This document shows positions 4,266 through 7,576 of a stretch of DNA of 7,576 bases, one piece after another. Made by a program: the position numbers and the translations under genes. The first letter of the stretch is position 1. Each line of letters starts with the position of its first letter. The notes beneath the pieces are model-generated. The model was not told the origin of the DNA. It searched no databases and was given only the letters and a program-made list of their open reading frames with translations. Origin of the DNA: Candidatus Woesearchaeota archaeon (GTDB lineage: Archaea > Nanobdellota > Nanobdellia > Pacearchaeales > GW2011-AR1); assembly GCA_964430085.1 (NCBI GenBank), contig CAYSES010000005.1:1-7576 (forward strand), given 5' to 3'.

Positions 4266-6637
4266 TTGAAGAAATAATAAAAAGAAATGGAAAAATTGTT
4301 CCGTTTGATCCAGAAAAGATAACTAACGCGATTAGAGGAGCAGTTATGGGGGTTGGAGGAACAGATTTAGACAAAAGACCAGCATATCTTACAAAATGTA
4401 TTATAGAAAGAGTTGAATATAACAGAATAAAAGGAGAAAGACCCGAAGTTGAAGAAATTCAGGATGCAGTTGAAAAAACACTTATAGAAAAAGGGCATGC
4501 TCAAGTTGCAAAAGCATTTATACTTTATAGAGAGAGTCACAAAAACTCAAGAGATAGAAAATTAACTATGGATACCATTGATAAGATTGAAGAATATTTA
4601 AACAAAAAAGATTGGATGGTCAATGGAAATGCAAACATGACTTTTTCTCTTCAAGGATTGAATAACAATCTAGTTGAAGAACAATCAAAAAATTATTGGC
4701 TTCATAGAGTATACCCTGAAAGAATCAGAAAGGCGCATGAACGTACAGACATACACATGCATGACCTTGGGGTTATTGGAGCTTATTGTGTTGGCTGGGA
4801 TTTAGAAGATATATTAACAAAGGGAATTACGGGTGTTGAAGGGAAGGTTGAAGCTGGTCCTGCGAAACATCTTAGAAGTGCATTAGGGCAATTAGTAAAT
4901 TTCTTTTATACCTTGCAGGGAGAAACTGCAGGAGCACAAGCATTTTCAAATTTTGACACTTATCTTGCTCCTTTTATAAAAAAAGATGAGATGGATTATA
5001 AAGAGGTCAAGCAATGTATGCAAGAATTTTTATTTAATGTTAATGTTCCAACAAGAGTAGGATTTCAAACTCCATTTACAAATGTAACTATGGATTTGAA
5101 AGTTCCAGAACATATGAAGGATAAACCAGTTGTTATTGGTCTCAATAAAGAAAAGATTGAAAAAAAATATGAAAAAATAATTGGCATAGTTAAAGAACAG
5201 GTAAATAATTTTAGACAATTTCCCTTAAACAAGTCGATTAATAATAAATTTCTAGAATTATTTAATGGAACAATTAAAGAAGAATCATTAGAAAAAAAAT
5301 GTCTTGAACTTTCTATGAATGCGCCTTCATCACTTAAGGAAAAAAGAGAATACCTAGCAGAAGGGATTTTGAATATAGTCAAAGAGAAAAGAGATAATTT
5401 AATCAAATTATCTGAAAGCACTTATGGAACTTTTCAAAAAGAAATGGATATGTTTAATAGAGCTTTTGCAGAATGTATGATTGAAGGAGACGCAAAAGGA
5501 AGGCTGTTCACTTTTCCAATTCCAACTTATAATATCACAAAGGATTTTGATTGGGATAATCCTGAACATAAACCATTGTGGGAAATGACAGCTAAGTATG
5601 GAATTCCTTATTTTTCAAATTTTATAAACTCGGATATGAAACCTGAAGATTCAAGAAGTATGTGCTGCCGTTTAAGATTAGATAACAAACAACTAATAAA
5701 AAGAGGAGGAGGACTTTTTGGTTCTAATCCGCTAACAGGTTCAATAGGGGTAGTGACAATCAATCTACCAAGAATTGCATACAAATCACAGAATAAGGAA
5801 GTATTTTTTAAATATCTCGGAGACCTTATGGATCTAAGCAAAGAAAGTCTTCAAATTAAAAGAAAAACTTTGGAAACTTTTGCAGATGCAAATCTTTATC
5901 CTTATGCAAAATTTTATCTTAGAAATGTTAAAAAAAGATTTAATGAATACTGGAAAAATCATTTTGGGACAATAGGGATTCTTGGAATGAATGAAGCAAT
6001 TATGAATTTCATGCCTGAAGAAAATATTGCGACAGAGAAAGGAAAAAGTTTTGCGTTAGAAGTTATGGATTTTATGAGAGGTAAAATTCAAGAATATCAA
6101 GAAAAAACCAATGAAATGTATAACCTTGAAGCAACTCCTGGAGAATCAACTACATACAGATTCGCAGATGCAGATAAGAAAAGATTCAAAAAAATAATCG
6201 TTGCAAATGAAGAAGCAGTAAAAAAAGGAGCAAATCCTTTTTATACAAATTCAACTCATCTTCCTGTAAATTATACTGATGATATTTTTGAAGCACTTAA
6301 ACTTCAGGATGAACTCCAAACAAAGTATACAGGCGGGACGGTATTTCATGCTTTTGTTGGAGAAAGATTAAATGCAGAAAATGTTAAGACTTTAGTTAGA
6401 AAGATCGCAGAAAATTTCAGGCTTCCTTATTTCACAATAACACCAACATTTTCGGTATGTGGAAACCATGGATATCTTGAAGGAGATAAAGAATTTTGTC
6501 CTAAATGTGAAGTAGAAGGAAAAGAAACAATACCTGAACGGTATTCAAGAGTTGTTGGTTATATAAGACCTTTAAACCAATGGAATAAAGGAAAAAAATC
6601 AGAGTGGAATGAGAGAAAAATGTTTAATATAAAATGA
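4262..6637 (+). CDS. nrdD: Anaerobic ribonucleoside-triphosphate reductase, class III (NrdD), 791 aa, with N-terminal ATP-cone
   Basis: N-terminal ATP-cone (IIKRNGKIVPFDPEKI...). Core blocks DIHMHDLG, FTNVTMDLKVP, GDAKGRLFTFPIPTYN, SMCCRLRLD (Cys468/469, nt 5663-5668) and NLEATPGES. C-terminal Zn site C-x3-H...C-x2-C (aa 733-749). Glycyl-radical motif RVVGY with Gly766 (nt 6557-6559). ATG4262 overlaps the nrdR TGA. Confidence 0.97.
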   Translation: MIEEIIKRNGKIVPFDPEKITNAIRGAVMGVGGTDLDKRPAYLTKCIIERVEYNRIKGERPEVEEIQDAVEKTLIEKGHAQVAKAFILYRESHKNSRDRKLTMDTIDKIEEYLNKKDWMVNGNANMTFSLQGLNNNLVEEQSKNYWLHRVYPERIRKAHERTDIHMHDLGVIGAYCVGWDLEDILTKGITGVEGKVEAGPAKHLRSALGQLVNFFYTLQGETAGAQAFSNFDTYLAPFIKKDEMDYKEVKQCMQEFLFNVNVPTRVGFQTPFTNVTMDLKVPEHMKDKPVVIGLNKEKIEKKYEKIIGIVKEQVNNFRQFPLNKSINNKFLELFNGTIKEESLEKKCLELSMNAPSSLKEKREYLAEGILNIVKEKRDNLIKLSESTYGTFQKEMDMFNRAFAECMIEGDAKGRLFTFPIPTYNITKDFDWDNPEHKPLWEMTAKYGIPYFSNFINSDMKPEDSRSMCCRLRLDNKQLIKRGGGLFGSNPLTGSIGVVTINLPRIAYKSQNKEVFFKYLGDLMDLSKESLQIKRKTLETFADANLYPYAKFYLRNVKKRFNEYWKNHFGTIGILGMNEAIMNFMPEENIATEKGKSFALEVMDFMRGKIQEYQEKTNEMYNLEATPGESTTYRFADADKKRFKKIIVANEEAVKKGANPFYTNSTHLPVNYTDDIFEALKLQDELQTKYTGGTVFHAFVGERLNAENVKTLVRKIAENFRLPYFTITPTFSVCGNHGYLEGDKEFCPKCEVEGKETIPERYSRVVGYIRPLNQWNKGKKSEWNERKMFNIK

Positions 6638-7395
6638 TAATAGCTGATTGGAAAAAAATATCCTGCATTGATTATCCTGGAAAGATCTCCACTATTATTT
6701 TTGTTCCGACATGCACATATAAATGCCCCACATGTCATGCAAAACATGTAATAGATTCAAAGAGAAGGATTTCTGAAAAAGATATTCTTAATTATATTGA
6801 GTATACAAATGATGTAAAAAATTTAATTGATTCTATCGTTGTTTGCGGGGGAGAACCAACATCCCAATCTTCATTGCCATTTTTCCTAAGAGAACTAAAA
6901 AAGAGGGGTTTGTCTGTAAAGATTGATACTAACGGAAGTAATTATAAAATGTTAAGCAAAATTAATGATGAACTATTAGCAGATTATGTTGCTATGGACA
7001 TTAAAGGACCTTTTTGTCTATATTCAAAATTAACTGGACAGGAAGTTATAGATCCAAGAGACGGTTATCAAAAAGCAATGAATGTTGTTATGAATTTCCC
7101 AGATTATGAATTTAGAACTACTATTGTACCTATTGAAAGAAAAAATGGGGAAATAAATTTTATGACCCCAAAAGAAATTGGGGAAACTGCAAGATTGATT
7201 TACGAATCAACAGGGGTAAGAGATCATAAATATTTTTTACAAAAATTTATAGCAAGAAATAAAGATGAGATGCTTGATGAGAAATTCTCAAAAGAAGATT
7301 TGGATAGAAAACTTTGGGAAACTTCCGAAAGCCATTTGGAAAAATGTTTAATTGAAGCAAGGAAATATCTTCCTAGGACAGATATTAGAAAATAA
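6634..7395 (+). CDS. nrdG: Anaerobic ribonucleotide reductase activating protein (radical SAM), long NrdG type
   Basis: A CxxxCxxC radical-SAM cluster motif, CTYKCPTC (Cys27/31/34), starts at nt 6712. A GGEPT SAM-binding motif is present (VVCGGEPT). The gene lies immediately downstream of nrdD, and ATG6634 overlaps the nrdD TGA. Confidence 0.93.
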   Translation: MIIADWKKISCIDYPGKISTIIFVPTCTYKCPTCHAKHVIDSKRRISEKDILNYIEYTNDVKNLIDSIVVCGGEPTSQSSLPFFLRELKKRGLSVKIDTNGSNYKMLSKINDELLADYVAMDIKGPFCLYSKLTGQEVIDPRDGYQKAMNVVMNFPDYEFRTTIVPIERKNGEINFMTPKEIGETARLIYESTGVRDHKYFLQKFIARNKDEMLDEKFSKEDLDRKLWETSESHLEKCLIEARKYLPRTDIRK

Positions 7396-7397
7396 TA

Positions 7398-7410
7398 ATT
7401 TTTAAAAATA
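7398..7410 (+). promoter_or_regulatory. TATA-box-like element upstream of the dCMP deaminase gene
   Basis: atttttaaaaata is centred about 26 nt upstream of ATG7430, with no SD. The T5 run may also serve as the nrd operon terminator. Confidence 0.4.
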
Positions 7411-7429
7411 AACTACAATTAAAAATAAA

Positions 7430-7576
7430 ATGAAAAGAGTAAGCAAAGATAGGTATTATTTGAATATTGCCAAGGAAGCTGCTAAGAGAGGAACATGTTT
7501 AAGTGCAGTTTTTGGTGCAGTAATTGTCAATAATGATTCAATTGTCTCTACAGGGTATGCAGGAGCTCCAAGAAAA
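7430..7576 (+). CDS. dCMP / deoxycytidylate deaminase (ComEB-type cytidine/deoxycytidylate deaminase family), N-terminal 49 aa only, truncated by window end
   Basis: My own translation from ATG7430 is MKRVSKDRYYLNIAKEAAKRGTCLSAVFGAVIVNNDSIVSTGYAGAPRK. This fits the family N-terminus (W/Y-F/L-x-x-A-x-x-x-A-x-R-x-T-C-x-x-x-x-V-G-A-V-I-V ... I-x-S-T-G-Y-N-G). The zinc-binding HAE and PCxxC motifs would lie beyond the window. It is missing from the ORF track because no stop falls in the window. Confidence 0.8.
   Translation, partial: MKRVSKDRYYLNIAKEAAKRGTCLSAVFGAVIVNNDSIVSTGYAGAPRK

Noticed and set aside
5141-5416. NrdD insertion as an intein or mobile element
   Set aside because: RNR genes are classic intein hosts, but this segment is only about 90 aa. 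It does not begin with Cys/Ser/Thr after a conserved host residue, lacks a terminal His-Asn followed by Cys/Ser/Thr, and has no homing-endonuclease motifs. It is a plain in-frame charged insertion.
5030-5421. Two overlapping minus-strand ORFs (62 and 118 aa) inside nrdD
   Set aside because: Both are antisense to the Lys/Glu-rich insertion region of nrdD, where AAA/GAA codons read as TTT/TTC on the other strand. They are compositional artefacts.
5608-5841. 77-aa minus-strand ORF inside nrdD
   Set aside because: It is antisense to the most conserved part of NrdD (the CCRL and GGGLFG blocks). No independent evidence.
6559-6747. 62-aa minus-strand ORF spanning the nrdD/nrdG junction
   Set aside because: It is antisense to the glycyl-radical and radical-SAM motif regions of two confident genes.
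1-7576. Alternative genetic code (UGA recoded as Gly or Trp, as in some CPR lineages or mycoplasmas)
   Set aside because: NrdR, NrdD and the thiolase all end at TGA at positions that give normal family lengths, immediately after their conserved C-terminal motifs. No conserved gene is interrupted by in-frame TGA. The standard code fits.
1-7576. tRNA, rRNA, CRISPR repeats, IS elements or prophage genes
   Set aside because: Intergenic spacers are 34-160 bp of near-pure A/T. None can fold into a cloverleaf, no regularly spaced direct repeats exist, and no ORF shows transposase, integrase or phage-structural motifs.

Overview
AT-rich (by eye about 70% A+T), very gene-dense window with 11 supportable protein-coding genes. 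I see no rRNA, tRNA, CRISPR array, transposase or integrase. The core is a translationally coupled nrdR-nrdD-nrdG operon: the ATP-cone repressor, the anaerobic class III ribonucleotide reductase and its radical-SAM activase. A dCMP-deaminase gene follows it and is cut by the window end. Divergently upstream lie a small 2-TM membrane protein and an internally duplicated nucleoside 2-deoxyribosyltransferase/DNPH1-like protein, so the right two thirds form a deoxynucleotide-metabolism neighbourhood. The left third holds a hyper-acidic small ORF, an unrecognisable 269-aa protein coupled by an ATGA overlap to a 71-aa Cys-rich protein, and a TtuA/Ncs6-type PP-loop Fe-S tRNA thiolase coupled by an ATGA overlap to a J-domain-only protein. 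The first ATG of each of the six transcription units whose upstream region is visible has a TTTAAA-type box centred about 25 nt upstream, and five of the six have no Shine-Dalgarno (nrdR has a distant GAGGT). This is the layout expected for leaderless archaeal transcripts. Together with the compaction, it suggests a reduced-genome (DPANN-like) archaeon, but a CPR bacterium cannot be excluded from this window alone. Items most worth follow-up: (1) the tandem NDT-like protein whose second copy has lost the catalytic Glu, (2) the uncharacterised 269-aa plus Cys-rich 71-aa cassette beside the Fe-S thiolase/J-protein pair, (3) a roughly 90-residue Lys/Glu-rich insertion inside the NrdD catalytic core, (4) two candidate NrdR boxes with a 15-bp spacer that bracket the nrdR TATA-like element. 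I could not recognise any known defence or mobile system. All functional calls rest on motif recognition by eye, not on database searches.
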